Shown here one piece after another: positions 9,333-18,709 of a stretch of DNA of 27,512 bases; the stretch's first letter is position 1; each line of letters opens with the position of its first letter. The notes beneath the pieces were generated by a model. The model ran no database searches and was not told the origin of the DNA. It worked only from the letters and a program-made list of their open reading frames with translations. The stretch is taken from sequence record SRR22947727_1461. One strand, written 5' to 3'. Position numbers and translations under genes: made by a program.

Positions 9333-10221
9333 TTTCGGTAATATCCTGAGGTCTTTCCAAAAGTATATCTGACAAATCATACACTTGAATTACATTTTCC
9401 TTACGAAGCTTTGAGAGTAAACTACTCACCTCTTCATATGTTATAAAGTCTATGATTTTTTCTTTCATTTCGGTTAATGTAGGCTGTGGAGCTCTTCTCC
9501 GCTTTAACAACTGTAAAATATGCCAACCATCTTTTGTTTCTATGGGATCGGAAACCTCTCCAATCGTTAAGGAAAATGCTAACTTTGAAAACTCATCATC
9601 CATCATACCTCTTGAAAAATAAGGTAAAACTCCACCATTTTCATTAGTAAAGGTATCTTTGGAGTATTCGGAAACTAAATCATCAAAACTTTCTCCTTTT
9701 GACAACCTTATGGAAACCGTACTTGCTTCTGTAAAGTCTTCTAATAATATATGCCTAACTTGAATTTCATCCATTTGTCCTCTTAAATTCTGTTGTTCGA
9801 CATATAACTGCTTTATAGTTTTTTCATTAACCTTACTCTTAATATATTTCTCAAGCATTATATTACTCAAAGTGTGCTCTCGTGTGAATGCTAATCGCCG
9901 CGTAGCTTTAGATTCTTGATCTATTTTTTTCTCGAGGGCCTTAAGGGCTAATAGACGTTGATCAATAGCCTCATTGAGAACCTTATCATAAATTTCAGAG
10001 TCAAACTGTATGGTATCACCCTCACCAATAAGACCTCGCGATATTGCAAGGTCTTCAATATCTAAGAGAAAAATCTTAGTTTTATTTACTTCCGCAACCA
10101 CAATATTAGTAGATTCCTTAGATATGTCAGATTGGTCTTGGGAATTGTTTCTGACTCCGCAGGAGGTCAGAATAAACCACAAAAAAACTACAATTAAAAT
10201 TAATAAATTAGTCTTAGGCAT
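9325..10221 (-). CDS. PpiC/parvulin-type peptidyl-prolyl isomerase, probable lipoprotein
   Basis: VRHILL, GESFDDLVSEYSKD, NGGVLPYF, GEVSDPIETKDGWHIL; hydrophobic N-terminus with lipobox-like LTSC after ATG 10221 (track start 10260). Confidence 0.9.
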   Translation of the reverse strand: MPKTNLLILIVVFLWFILTSCGVRNNSQDQSDISKESTNIVVAEVNKTKIFLLDIEDLAISRGLIGEGDTIQFDSEIYDKVLNEAIDQRLLALKALEKKIDQESKATRRLAFTREHTLSNIMLEKYIKSKVNEKTIKQLYVEQQNLRGQMDEIQVRHILLEDFTEASTVSIRLSKGESFDDLVSEYSKDTFTNENGGVLPYFSRGMMDDEFSKLAFSLTIGEVSDPIETKDGWHILQLLKRRRAPQPTLTEMKEKIIDFITYEEVSSLLSKLRKENVIQVYDLSDILLERPQDITEND

Positions 10222-10352
10222 ATTTTTCCATAAAAATTTAAAGCTTTTTGTTTGTTCCATTTCATTGACTTAGAGCAAGAGCATCCTTAAGTCATCAAAA
10301 AGCATTTATAAAGTTATCTGTACAATGCTACTTTTGCCATCAAGGAGCCCCA

Positions 10353-13028
10353 ATGTTAGGGATAGCAAGAAAAATTTTCGGTACTGAAAATGATAGAAAG
10401 CTAAAAAAGCTACGTCCTATTGTTGATACGATTAATGCTTTAGAGGTAGAATATGAGGCATTAAGCAATAGTGAACTCAAATCTAAAACAGCTGAATTTA
10501 AAAAACGCGTGCAAAATGGTGAAGAGCTTGATGACTTATTGCCAGAAGCTTTTGCTACGGTCCGTGAAGCCGCAAAAAGAACACTTGGCCAACGTCATTA
10601 CGATGTACAGCTTATTGGTGGCATTACGCTCCATACTGGAGAAATCGCGGAAATGCGAACAGGTGAAGGAAAAACACTTGTATCAACTTTAGCGGCTTAC
10701 TTGAACGCATTAACAGGCAAAGGAGTTCATATAGTAACGGTTAATGATTATCTGGCCAGCCGTGATGCAGAGTGGATGGGGCAAATATATAGTTTTCTAG
10801 GCATGACTGTTGGTTGTATCAACAATCATGAAGCATATGAAAATGAACGCAAGCAAGCCTATAATTGCGATATAACATATGGGACCAATAACGAGTTTGG
10901 TTTTGATTATCTTAGAGATAATATGAAGTATACCCTTGATGAGATGTCTCAACGCGGACATACATATGCGATAATAGATGAAATTGATTCTATATTAATT
11001 GATGAAGCACGGACACCCTTAATAATCTCTGGGCCGACAGATGATAAGTCAGAATACTATAAAACAATAAATGAATTCATTCCGCTCATTACAGATGATG
11101 GTTATGAATTGGATGAAAAAGCAAGAACAGCTACCTTTAATGAATTAGGTAATGAACAAATTGAAAATATTTTAAGAGACAAAAATCTTCTGGAAGGCGA
11201 TAGCCTTTACGATATTGAAAATGTAACTATAGTCCACCATATCAATCAAGCATTAAAAGCCCACAAGCTCTTTATTAAAGATAAAGATTACATCATTAAA
11301 AAGAATGAGGTTGTGTTAATTGATGAGTTCACAGGAAGAATGATGGATGGCAGAAGACTTTCTGAAGGACTTCACCAAGCAATAGAAGCAAAAGAAAAGG
11401 TAGATATAAAACCAGAGAACGTTACTCTTGCATCAGTAACCCTACAAAACTATTTTAGGTTGTACAATAAACTTTCTGGTATGACAGGAACGGCTGAAAC
11501 TGAAGCTAGTGAATTTGCTGAAACATATGGGTTAGAGGTATTGGTTATTCCTACGAATAGACCAATACAAAGAATTGATAATGATGACGTTATTTACAGG
11601 ACAGAAAAAGAAAAATTTAATGCGATTGTCAAAGAAATATCAGAAGCATCTAAAAATAACCAGCCTATGCTTGTAGGCACTGTTTCAATAGAAAAATCTG
11701 AATCGCTATCGAGTTTCTTGAAAGAAAAGGGTATAAAACACAGAGTTTTAAATGCTCGTTTTCATGAGGAAGAAGCTTCTATTGTAGCTCAAGCGGGGGT
11801 ACCCGGTGCAATTACTATTGCAACAAATATGGCGGGAAGAGGAACAGACATACAGCTAGGTGGAAACCTTGATATGCGTTTAGAACAAGAAATCCCAAAG
11901 GACTTATCAGAATCAAAACGTAAAAAACTTGAAGAAAAAATATCCAATGAAATAATAAAACTTAAAAAACAAGCCATAGAAGCCGGAGGCCTTTATGTTC
12001 TTGGAACAGAGAGACATGAATCACGTAGAATTGACAACCAACTTCGTGGCAGGACTGGTAGACAAGGTGATCCAGGAAGATCAAAATTCTATCTCTCAAC
12101 TGAAGATGATTTAATGAGGATTTTTGGCGGAGATAGACTAAAGGCAATGATGGGAAAAATGGGATGGGAGGAAGGCGAAGAGCTAACTAATCGCTTTATG
12201 TCAAAAGCTGTGGAGAGGGCTCAAGTTAGAGTGGAAACCCGCAACTTTGATATCCGTAAAAATCTATTAAAGTATGATGACGTGATGAATGATCAAAGAA
12301 AAACCATATTTGAACAACGTATGGAGTTTATGACAGATAACGATGTATCTGATGTAATAGAGGATTTCAGGCATCAATGTTGTGAAGACCTTATTGAAAC
12401 TTATGTACCCAAAAAAGCTTATGCAGAGCAATGGAATATAAGTGCACTTACTGAGAAAACAAAAGAAAATCTTGCGATGGATATCCCTTTTTCCGATTGG
12501 GCAAAGGAAGAGGGCATTGCAGATGAAGAGATGTTGGTGCGCTTAAAACAATCAACAGATAAAGCATTTAAGCAACTAACAGATGGTATTGAATCTAAAG
12601 AAATGCAGCGCATTGAAAAACAGCTTCTTTTACAAGTTATTGACCAAAATTGGCGAGAACACTTGCAGCAATTAGATAACTTAAAATCAGTAATTGGAAT
12701 GCGCGCTTATGGTCAAAGAGACCCCCTTAATGAGTACAAGTCAGAGGCTTTCACTTTATTCGACAAACTCTTAACCGACTTAAGGGAAGGCGTTACTAAG
12801 GCAGTCACCCGATTGTTAATTAATGTGCAAATGCAACGACAACAGGAACGTATTGAAAAAGTTCAGAAAATAAAAGACTCAGCAAGGTCACCAATGGATA
12901 TGATGCGTGTAGCAGAAGATAATGAGAACAAATTATCAAAAAAAGACTTCGAAGGAATTTCTAGAAATAGTCTTTGTCCATGTGAATCAGGAAAGAAATT
13001 TAAGAAATGTTGCGGTAAAAGCAACTGA
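10353..13028 (+). CDS. secA: Preprotein translocase ATPase SecA
   Basis: [51 protein letters not shown]-terminal SEC-C motif [22 protein letters not shown]. Confidence 0.99.
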   Translation: MLGIARKIFGTENDRKLKKLRPIVDTINALEVEYEALSNSELKSKTAEFKKRVQNGEELDDLLPEAFATVREAAKRTLGQRHYDVQLIGGITLHTGEIAEMRTGEGKTLVSTLAAYLNALTGKGVHIVTVNDYLASRDAEWMGQIYSFLGMTVGCINNHEAYENERKQAYNCDITYGTNNEFGFDYLRDNMKYTLDEMSQRGHTYAIIDEIDSILIDEARTPLIISGPTDDKSEYYKTINEFIPLITDDGYELDEKARTATFNELGNEQIENILRDKNLLEGDSLYDIENVTIVHHINQALKAHKLFIKDKDYIIKKNEVVLIDEFTGRMMDGRRLSEGLHQAIEAKEKVDIKPENVTLASVTLQNYFRLYNKLSGMTGTAETEASEFAETYGLEVLVIPTNRPIQRIDNDDVIYRTEKEKFNAIVKEISEASKNNQPMLVGTVSIEKSESLSSFLKEKGIKHRVLNARFHEEEASIVAQAGVPGAITIATNMAGRGTDIQLGGNLDMRLEQEIPKDLSESKRKKLEEKISNEIIKLKKQAIEAGGLYVLGTERHESRRIDNQLRGRTGRQGDPGRSKFYLSTEDDLMRIFGGDRLKAMMGKMGWEEGEELTNRFMSKAVERAQVRVETRNFDIRKNLLKYDDVMNDQRKTIFEQRMEFMTDNDVSDVIEDFRHQCCEDLIETYVPKKAYAEQWNISALTEKTKENLAMDIPFSDWAKEEGIADEEMLVRLKQSTDKAFKQLTDGIESKEMQRIEKQLLLQVIDQNWREHLQQLDNLKSVIGMRAYGQRDPLNEYKSEAFTLFDKLLTDLREGVTKAVTRLLINVQMQRQQERIEKVQKIKDSARSPMDMMRVAEDNENKLSKKDFEGISRNSLCPCESGKKFKKCCGKSN

Positions 13029-13092
13029 AATGATTTCTAAGATCTTAAACTTTAAGTATAGAACACTACAATTTCTTAAAAACTATATATAT

Positions 13093-13150
13093 TGCCCCAG
13101 TGTGCATCATTATAAAGAACATGTGCACATATGAGCATCATAAATATGCA
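13093..13150. promoter_or_regulatory. Cluster of TGC/GCA palindromes, possible NtrC-like tandem operator upstream of the porin
   Basis: TGCCCCAGTGTGCATCAT (13093) and TGCACATATGAGCATCAT (13124) repeat at 31-bp spacing; AGCA-N9-TGCA at 13134-13150; perfect palindrome ATGTGCACAT at 13121-13130. Confidence 0.4.
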
Positions 13151-13257
13151 TTTTTTATTATTCCAAAGCAAATCCGTTTACTCTTAATGCTTACAATCTA
13201 TCTAGAGGTATGGATTTCATAGCTCACCTGTGTGAGATAAATATAATGGAGATAAAT

Positions 13258-13980
13258 ATGAAAAAATTACTTTTAAGCACATCTGTTTTTCTAGCACTAA
13301 CCGCTAATTCTAATGCACAAGACATTAGTGTATCTACATCAGTGGATTATGTAAGTGACTATGTATTCAGAGGTGTGAGTTTAGCAGATAGTGCTATTCA
13401 GTCTGGTGTTGAAGCATCATTAGGGTCTTTTACCGCAGGCGCTTGGTTCTCAACTGGTGTTGGGGACACTTCATCAACAGCAGGAGATGAAGTTGATCTT
13501 TATGCAAGCTACAGCTTCTCACTTTCGGACCTCGTTAGTACTGATGTAGGAATTACTTACTATCACTACCCACAAGGTGGTGGTTTATTTGAAACTGATG
13601 GTGGTGGTGCCGGTACTTATGAGATTTACACAAGTTTAGGGTTTGATTTACCTTTGTCGCCCTCTGCATCAGCTTACTACGATTTAACACTTGAAGCGTT
13701 TACTCTCGAGGGTGGTGTTAGTCACAGTATTCCGGCAGGTGATAAGACAAGTTTTGATTTAGGTGCAACACTAGGTCTTGTTGATGGTGATGGTTTTTCA
13801 TATGAGTATGGTTCAGCATCTGCATCTTTAGGGTATTCGCTCTCAGATGATGTTTCGGTTTATTTTGGTGCTACCTATGCCTTAAATTCAGAAGATATGT
13901 TAAATCTTGAGAAATCCCTAAATGGAAATCCTAAGGACAGTTTGTTGTTCTTTGGAGCTGGTATCTCAGCAGGATTTTAA
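13258..13980 (+). CDS. TorF-family (TIGR02001-like) putative outer-membrane porin
   Basis: GGAG SD before ATG 13258; signal peptide MKKLLLSTSVFLALTANSNA; SDYVFRGVS motif, EVDLYASY, YYHYP; C-terminal Phe. Confidence 0.88.
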   Translation: MKKLLLSTSVFLALTANSNAQDISVSTSVDYVSDYVFRGVSLADSAIQSGVEASLGSFTAGAWFSTGVGDTSSTAGDEVDLYASYSFSLSDLVSTDVGITYYHYPQGGGLFETDGGGAGTYEIYTSLGFDLPLSPSASAYYDLTLEAFTLEGGVSHSIPAGDKTSFDLGATLGLVDGDGFSYEYGSASASLGYSLSDDVSVYFGATYALNSEDMLNLEKSLNGNPKDSLLFFGAGISAGF

Positions 13981-14003
13981 CTTCATAAATTTCATATATT
14001 TTT

Positions 14004-14029
14004 AAAGGGCTCTTTAGGAGCCCTTTTTT
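14004..14029. terminator. Intrinsic terminator, probably bidirectional, between the porin gene and accA
   Basis: AAAGGGCTC-TTTAG-GAGCCCTTT followed by a T run; A run on the other side. Confidence 0.85.
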
Positions 14030-14984
14030 ATAATAATGATCTACCAATATTCAAAAACTTATCTCTACGTTGCCTTACAAGTTCGGCTGTATCCATTTTA
14101 GAGAGAGTATCTAAAGACTTAACTATAGCTGTCTCAAGAGATTTTATCATTTCCTTAGAGGATCGATGTGCACCGCCAATTGGCTCTTTAATAATTTTAT
14201 CAATCACCCCTAATCGCTTTAGGTTTTGAGCTGTAATTTTCATCGCTTTTGCCGCATCTTTAGCGCGACCACCGTCTCTCCAGAGTATAGATGCGCAGCC
14301 TTCAGGGGAAATCACAGAGTAAATAGAATGCTCTAACATCATAACAGTGTCCGCTGTTGCTATTGCTACAGCACCACCGGACCCGCCTTCACCAGATATT
14401 ATAGAAACAAAAGGAACACGAACTGATAAACCTTTATCAATACTGCGCGCTATAGCTTCTGCTTGACCACGCTCCTCCGCACCTCTTCCTGGGTAAGCTC
14501 CTGCAGTATCAATAAAGCTAATAATTGGCACGTTGAACTTTTCAGCAAGCTCCATAAATCGTACAGCTTTGCGGTAACCCTCTGGTTGAGCCATTCCAAA
14601 ATTATGCTTTAGTCGGGTTTCAGTATCTTTACCTTTTTCATGCCCCATAACTAATACGCTTCTACCTTGAATTTTTCCTAGCCCTCCCAATAAAGCGCAA
14701 TCATCTCCAAACTTTCTATCGCCAGATAAGGGCGTGTAGCTGGTTACGAAACTATTAATATACTCACTAAAATGTGGCCTAGAGGGATGACGGGCCACTT
14801 GAGTTTTTTCCCAAGCACTTATTTTTGAGTATAAAGATTTAAGTTGTAGTTTAGACTTTTCCTTTAAATCAGATACATTCTGATCTTGAAGACCTTTTTT
14901 TTGAATCATCTCTTCTATTTTACTATCAAGTTCAGCAATACTACGTTCGAAATCAAGGTAAGTGCGTGCCATACTATACTTCAT
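14028..14984 (-). CDS. accA: Acetyl-CoA carboxylase carboxyltransferase alpha subunit (start 14984 or 14972)
   Basis: YLDFE, ARHPSRP, FGMAQPEGYRKA, DTAGAYPG, GEGGSGGA, YSVISPEGCASILW. Confidence 0.98.
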   Translation of the reverse strand: MKYSMARTYLDFERSIAELDSKIEEMIQKKGLQDQNVSDLKEKSKLQLKSLYSKISAWEKTQVARHPSRPHFSEYINSFVTSYTPLSGDRKFGDDCALLGGLGKIQGRSVLVMGHEKGKDTETRLKHNFGMAQPEGYRKAVRFMELAEKFNVPIISFIDTAGAYPGRGAEERGQAEAIARSIDKGLSVRVPFVSIISGEGGSGGAVAIATADTVMMLEHSIYSVISPEGCASILWRDGGRAKDAAKAMKITAQNLKRLGVIDKIIKEPIGGAHRSSKEMIKSLETAIVKSLDTLSKMDTAELVRQRRDKFLNIGRSLL

Positions 14985-15140
14985 CCAATCTTAAAAACTG
15001 TTATATCAATGAAATTTCTTTGCGCTTTCTATCACTGAAATAATAATCATGAGTAACCTACAGTATTAAGTCTATATCTAAAAGTTTTTTTATGATTCTT
15101 AATAGCCCTCTTTACTTTATTTTTAAAAATCTTATTTAGG

Positions 15141-15419
15141 CTACCAATCTCTCCAAATTCTTTCGTTCACTTCGTTACCATAGCGCTGTACAAATCGTCT
15201 TTTCAGCCTCCTTTGCCAGTGATGAGCAGCTTTGAGATCCAGACCCTCAGCTATTATTAAAGTATCAGCAAATATTTTTGGCGTTATAGTTTTATATTTA
15301 TTCAGGAGTAAATCCTTAACTTTAATTTCTGCGCAAAAGTCCCAATCATCACATAATTCACGTAAAAAAGCTTTAAGGTCTTCTTCGAGATCTGAATGAT
15401 ATTGTCTTTTTTTTGGCAT
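15141..15419 (-). CDS. Hypothetical protein (92 aa)
   Basis: ATG 4 nt after the xerD stop on the same strand; fills the gap; protein-like composition (LRELCDDWDFC, FADTLIIAEGLD). Confidence 0.7.
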   Translation of the reverse strand: MPKKRQYHSDLEEDLKAFLRELCDDWDFCAEIKVKDLLLNKYKTITPKIFADTLIIAEGLDLKAAHHWQRRLKRRFVQRYGNEVNERIWRDW

Positions 15420-15423
15420 AATC

Positions 15424-16335
15424 TTAATTTGCTAATGGGTGTTTACTCTCTACTAGCTTTCTCATCCGTTTGTCTAGAACATGTGTGTATATCTGAGTCG
15501 TCGAAATATCTGAGTGACCTAATAAAGTTTGTACAGACCTTAAATCTGCTCCATTAGACAATAGATGAGTTGCAAAGGCATGCCGCAAAATATGAGGCGA
15601 TACCATCTTAGGGTTTAGGCCTGCTTTTATTGCAAGTCTCTTTAAAAGTTGGGCAAATCTTTCTCTGGTTATATGACCATTTTTGGAACTAGAAGGGAAA
15701 AGAAATTTATCTTGATATTCAATTGAACCAAATCCTTTCGGGAGCGTTAATTCACGAACTAAAGCCCATTTTTCAATCATATCTTTTGCAGGCTTAGTTA
15801 GAGGTAGTAATCTCTCACGCCCGCCCTTCCCTTTAATTAATAAACAATTATCACGCCTATTTGTTGACCTTACAGTTAGAGTTACAAGCTCTGATACACG
15901 CAAACCTCCTGCATAAAGAATCTCTAACATACAAAGCAAGCGAACCCCCTTTGGGGAAATGTCTTTTTCTGCGGTCAAAAACAATTGATTAACTTCAAAC
16001 TCTGACAATACCTTTGGAAGAGGCCTTCCTTGCCTTGGTCGGTCTAAATTATTGGCAGGGTTATCTTTTCGGTGGCCTTCGGTTTGAAGAAATAAAAAAA
16101 ACTGCTTTAATGTCGAAAGTTTTCTTGCTGCAGTAGATGCGGCTATGCCTTCTCTTTGCCATTTGGCTAATACAGCCTCTAAATGTCCTGTCCCTAAAGT
16201 TAAAAAAACTTTATTTCTCGTAGCAAACTTCCAGTTCCTCAAATCACGCTGATAAGCTGATAAAGTATTTTCAGATGCACCCCTTTCAGCACTCATCATT
16301 TCCAAAAAAGACTCTATTAAATAATCATCCGTCAT
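15424..16335 (-). CDS. xerD: Chromosomal tyrosine recombinase XerD
   Basis: GGLRVSEL, KGKGGRERLLP, SPHILRHAFATHLL, LLGH, TQIYTHV catalytic motifs; conserved aroK/accA context. Confidence 0.93.
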   Translation of the reverse strand: MTDDYLIESFLEMMSAERGASENTLSAYQRDLRNWKFATRNKVFLTLGTGHLEAVLAKWQREGIAASTAARKLSTLKQFFLFLQTEGHRKDNPANNLDRPRQGRPLPKVLSEFEVNQLFLTAEKDISPKGVRLLCMLEILYAGGLRVSELVTLTVRSTNRRDNCLLIKGKGGRERLLPLTKPAKDMIEKWALVRELTLPKGFGSIEYQDKFLFPSSSKNGHITRERFAQLLKRLAIKAGLNPKMVSPHILRHAFATHLLSNGADLRSVQTLLGHSDISTTQIYTHVLDKRMRKLVESKHPLAN

Positions 16336-17888
16336 AGTCGTCTAGCAAAATCCTCAATGGCGATATCTTTAGCGAACTCCGTTAATCCAGCACTTATCAA
16401 AACATCTATAATATTATAAATACTAGAATCGTTAAGAGGACTATTTTCAAGAATGATCGCCGCGCGCAATGCAGTTTCCGCAACAGAAGAGTGCCTAAGA
16501 GTAGTTTTAAGTAAAAGCATATCCCCTGCCTTGACTGTAAATCCAAATCCTTCGTCTTTACCTTCCATTGCTTTTAAAAAAGGTAAAGAAGAGCTAACTC
16601 TTAAAGAGGATAATATGAAAAGGTCTCTATCTGAAAGAAAATACTGTAACTCTATATCTGGAAAACTAGCCTCTAAATTTGTTAAAAAACCATCGAAAAG
16701 GTAAGTATTATCTAATATAGCCATAATAAGCCTGATTTTAGTTTTTTGATTTCCATTAGGTAATTTTTCATAGAGCTCACGCAATAAAGTGTAGTCTTTC
16801 CTCTCTAGGCTTGCGCGTACGAAAATATTAATATCCGGGATTTCAATTTGATCAGAAGTGACATTATCCAAATGAGTTTCAAGGGCTTTAACAATGCGGG
16901 AAAAAGATAAGTGTGTATCTGCTTTATTCAATATAGTAGCTAATATTTTTGCAGAAAATAAGTCTTCATTTTCTATCGTATCTAGTTTTTCACTTGAACC
17001 CTTATCAAAACTATCATTAATGAGAAGCTCCGGGTTATAGGTTGGTATCCTCTTAAATTGTATATTTCTATCGTTCACAATGCCATTTATTAAAAGCTCT
17101 TCTATTTGATCATATTTTATTTGATTAGGTAGCCGGTTAATTAAACCTACTTTATCTTTCAAACCCAGTTTATTGTTTTTAGCTTCAGTTATTAATGCCT
17201 GAGTATCAAAATTTATAGCCTTCGATTGCATTGCATTTACCAAAGGGTCAATGTTATTAGTGATTTTTGGTATTTCGTCAGAGTTACCTAAAAAGAAATC
17301 GATAAATTCGTAAAATAGTCTATCTTCATGCCCCATACTTTGAAGTAATTCGACAGCTAATTCAGCAGCAGCTAACTCATCACGACTAATATTACAAAAA
17401 ACTCTAATCTTTATCCAATAAGGTAAACTCCTATTGTTACCTAAATTATCAGATATATCACAAGCAGACTCAATGTCATCACTTCCTAAAGCATACTCAA
17501 CTCTATTTTTAGGTAAATGAACATAATCTGAATAACCTTTCATTAAAGTTTTGAGAGCATCATTATCTTGCATTTTCATTACATACCTTAAACGAGCACT
17601 AACATATTTTTTTCTTTCCCCCTCTGGGGGCATTCCGCCGGCCAATATCGTAGCTCTTATAAGTTTTCCTCCCACTTTACTTGAAGTCGTTGTCGGAATT
17701 TTATTAATTAAATCTACAGCTGTAGATGTTGAGGTGCCCTTCCAAAGATTAGCATCGAAAACGCCAGTTATAGCGTCTGTTACACCAGGGTCATAAATAC
17801 GGGCTGTTTCTAAATCTAAAACCTCTATATTTTCTGCGAAAACTGGGTACTGAAAAAAGAAAAATATTAATGATATTAAATATTTCAT
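16332..17888 (-). CDS. Exported hypothetical protein upstream of xerD
   Basis: Long ORF; signal peptide MKYLISLIFFFFQYPVFA from ATG 17888, 1 nt after the stop of the upstream small ORF; LWKGTS and DIESAC..YWIKIRVFC motifs; ATGA overlap with xerD. Confidence 0.82.
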   Translation of the reverse strand: MKYLISLIFFFFQYPVFAENIEVLDLETARIYDPGVTDAITGVFDANLWKGTSTSTAVDLINKIPTTTSSKVGGKLIRATILAGGMPPEGERKKYVSARLRYVMKMQDNDALKTLMKGYSDYVHLPKNRVEYALGSDDIESACDISDNLGNNRSLPYWIKIRVFCNISRDELAAAELAVELLQSMGHEDRLFYEFIDFFLGNSDEIPKITNNIDPLVNAMQSKAINFDTQALITEAKNNKLGLKDKVGLINRLPNQIKYDQIEELLINGIVNDRNIQFKRIPTYNPELLINDSFDKGSSEKLDTIENEDLFSAKILATILNKADTHLSFSRIVKALETHLDNVTSDQIEIPDINIFVRASLERKDYTLLRELYEKLPNGNQKTKIRLIMAILDNTYLFDGFLTNLEASFPDIELQYFLSDRDLFILSSLRVSSSLPFLKAMEGKDEGFGFTVKAGDMLLLKTTLRHSSVAETALRAAIILENSPLNDSSIYNIIDVLISAGLTEFAKDIAIEDFARRL

Positions 17889-17889
17889 A

Positions 17890-18030
17890 TTATTTTTCGT
17901 AATCATCCGGCAATTCAATTACTTTTAGATCTTGCGGTGCATTTTCACTAGATGCACTCGAAAGAAGCCACCATGTGAGTCCAAACAAGAATAAAACTAG
18001 AGTAAAACTGACAATAAATAATTTTTTCAT
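17890..18030 (-). CDS. Small single-TM membrane protein (46 aa), below ORF-track cutoff
   Basis: MKKLFIVSFTLVLFLFGLTWWLLSSASSENAPQDLKVIELPDDYEK*; AAAGGT SD-like upstream; stop 1 nt before the next ATG. Confidence 0.8.
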   Translation of the reverse strand: MKKLFIVSFTLVLFLFGLTWWLLSSASSENAPQDLKVIELPDDYEK

Positions 18031-18169
18031 AATCTGACCTTTAACATTATATATCAGATATTAACGTTTAAGTGTTGAGCAAACGTTACTTTTTCCTCAT
18101 ATTAAAAACCTATATTTAATACACTATCAGATATAAATATAAAAAAGTAAGATAATAAGGAATAGTTCA

Positions 18170-18709
18170 ATTAGTAAAAACTTTACAAACAGCTCAATAG
18201 CACTTGTCGGGCTGATGGGTGTTGGAAAAACTACAACAGGGAAACAACTAGCTAAAATTCTCAATAGAGAGTTTTATGACTCTGACTACGAAATTGAAAA
18301 AGCATCAGGAAGAACAATAAGCGGCTACTTTAAAGATTATGGTGAAAAAGAATTTAGGAAAGGAGAACGACTCGTCATAGAGAGGCTATTAGCTAAAAAA
18401 TCTATAGTATTAGCAACTGGTGGGGGTGCTTATATACAAGAAGAAACACATGAAATTTTAAATGGCAGAGCATTAACAATATGGCTCAAAGCTGACTTAA
18501 ATACTATTATGAATCGCGTTAGTAAAAATTATGATAAAAGACCTCTTTTGCAAGTTAATAATCCTGAAGCAAAGATTAAGGAACTTATAAAAATAAGGCA
18601 CCCTATATATAAAAAATCACATATAACGGTTACAATTGATAATGAGGAACAATTCTCTATTAGTAATAAAATAATACACGCAATAAAAAAATATCAGAGT
18701 AATAATTAA
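18170..18709 (+). CDS. aroK: Shikimate kinase, probable ATT start at 18170
   Basis: SIALVGLMGVGKTT P-loop, DSDYEIE, GEKEFR, LATGGG, RPLL. ATG 18215 lies inside the P-loop, so the start must be upstream; TAAGGA lies 8 nt before ATT 18170. Gene identity is secure, the start is inferred. Confidence 0.93.
   Translation: MSKNFTNSSIALVGLMGVGKTTTGKQLAKILNREFYDSDYEIEKASGRTISGYFKDYGEKEFRKGERLVIERLLAKKSIVLATGGGAYIQEETHEILNGRALTIWLKADLNTIMNRVSKNYDKRPLLQVNNPEAKIKELIKIRHPIYKKSHITVTIDNEEQFSISNKIIHAIKKYQSNN

Noticed and set aside
10266-10294. TGACTTA-N15-TAAGTCA inverted repeat between the PPIase gene and secA
   Set aside because: 7-bp arms in AT-rich DNA can occur by chance; no regulator can be assigned
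13234-13259. GAGATAAATAT direct repeat with 15-nt period at the porin start
   Set aside because: Only two short copies; most simply a local duplication of the RBS region
15424-16335. Tyrosine recombinase as a phage or island integrase
   Set aside because: Sequence and aroK/accA context match housekeeping XerD; no att site, tRNA or cargo nearby
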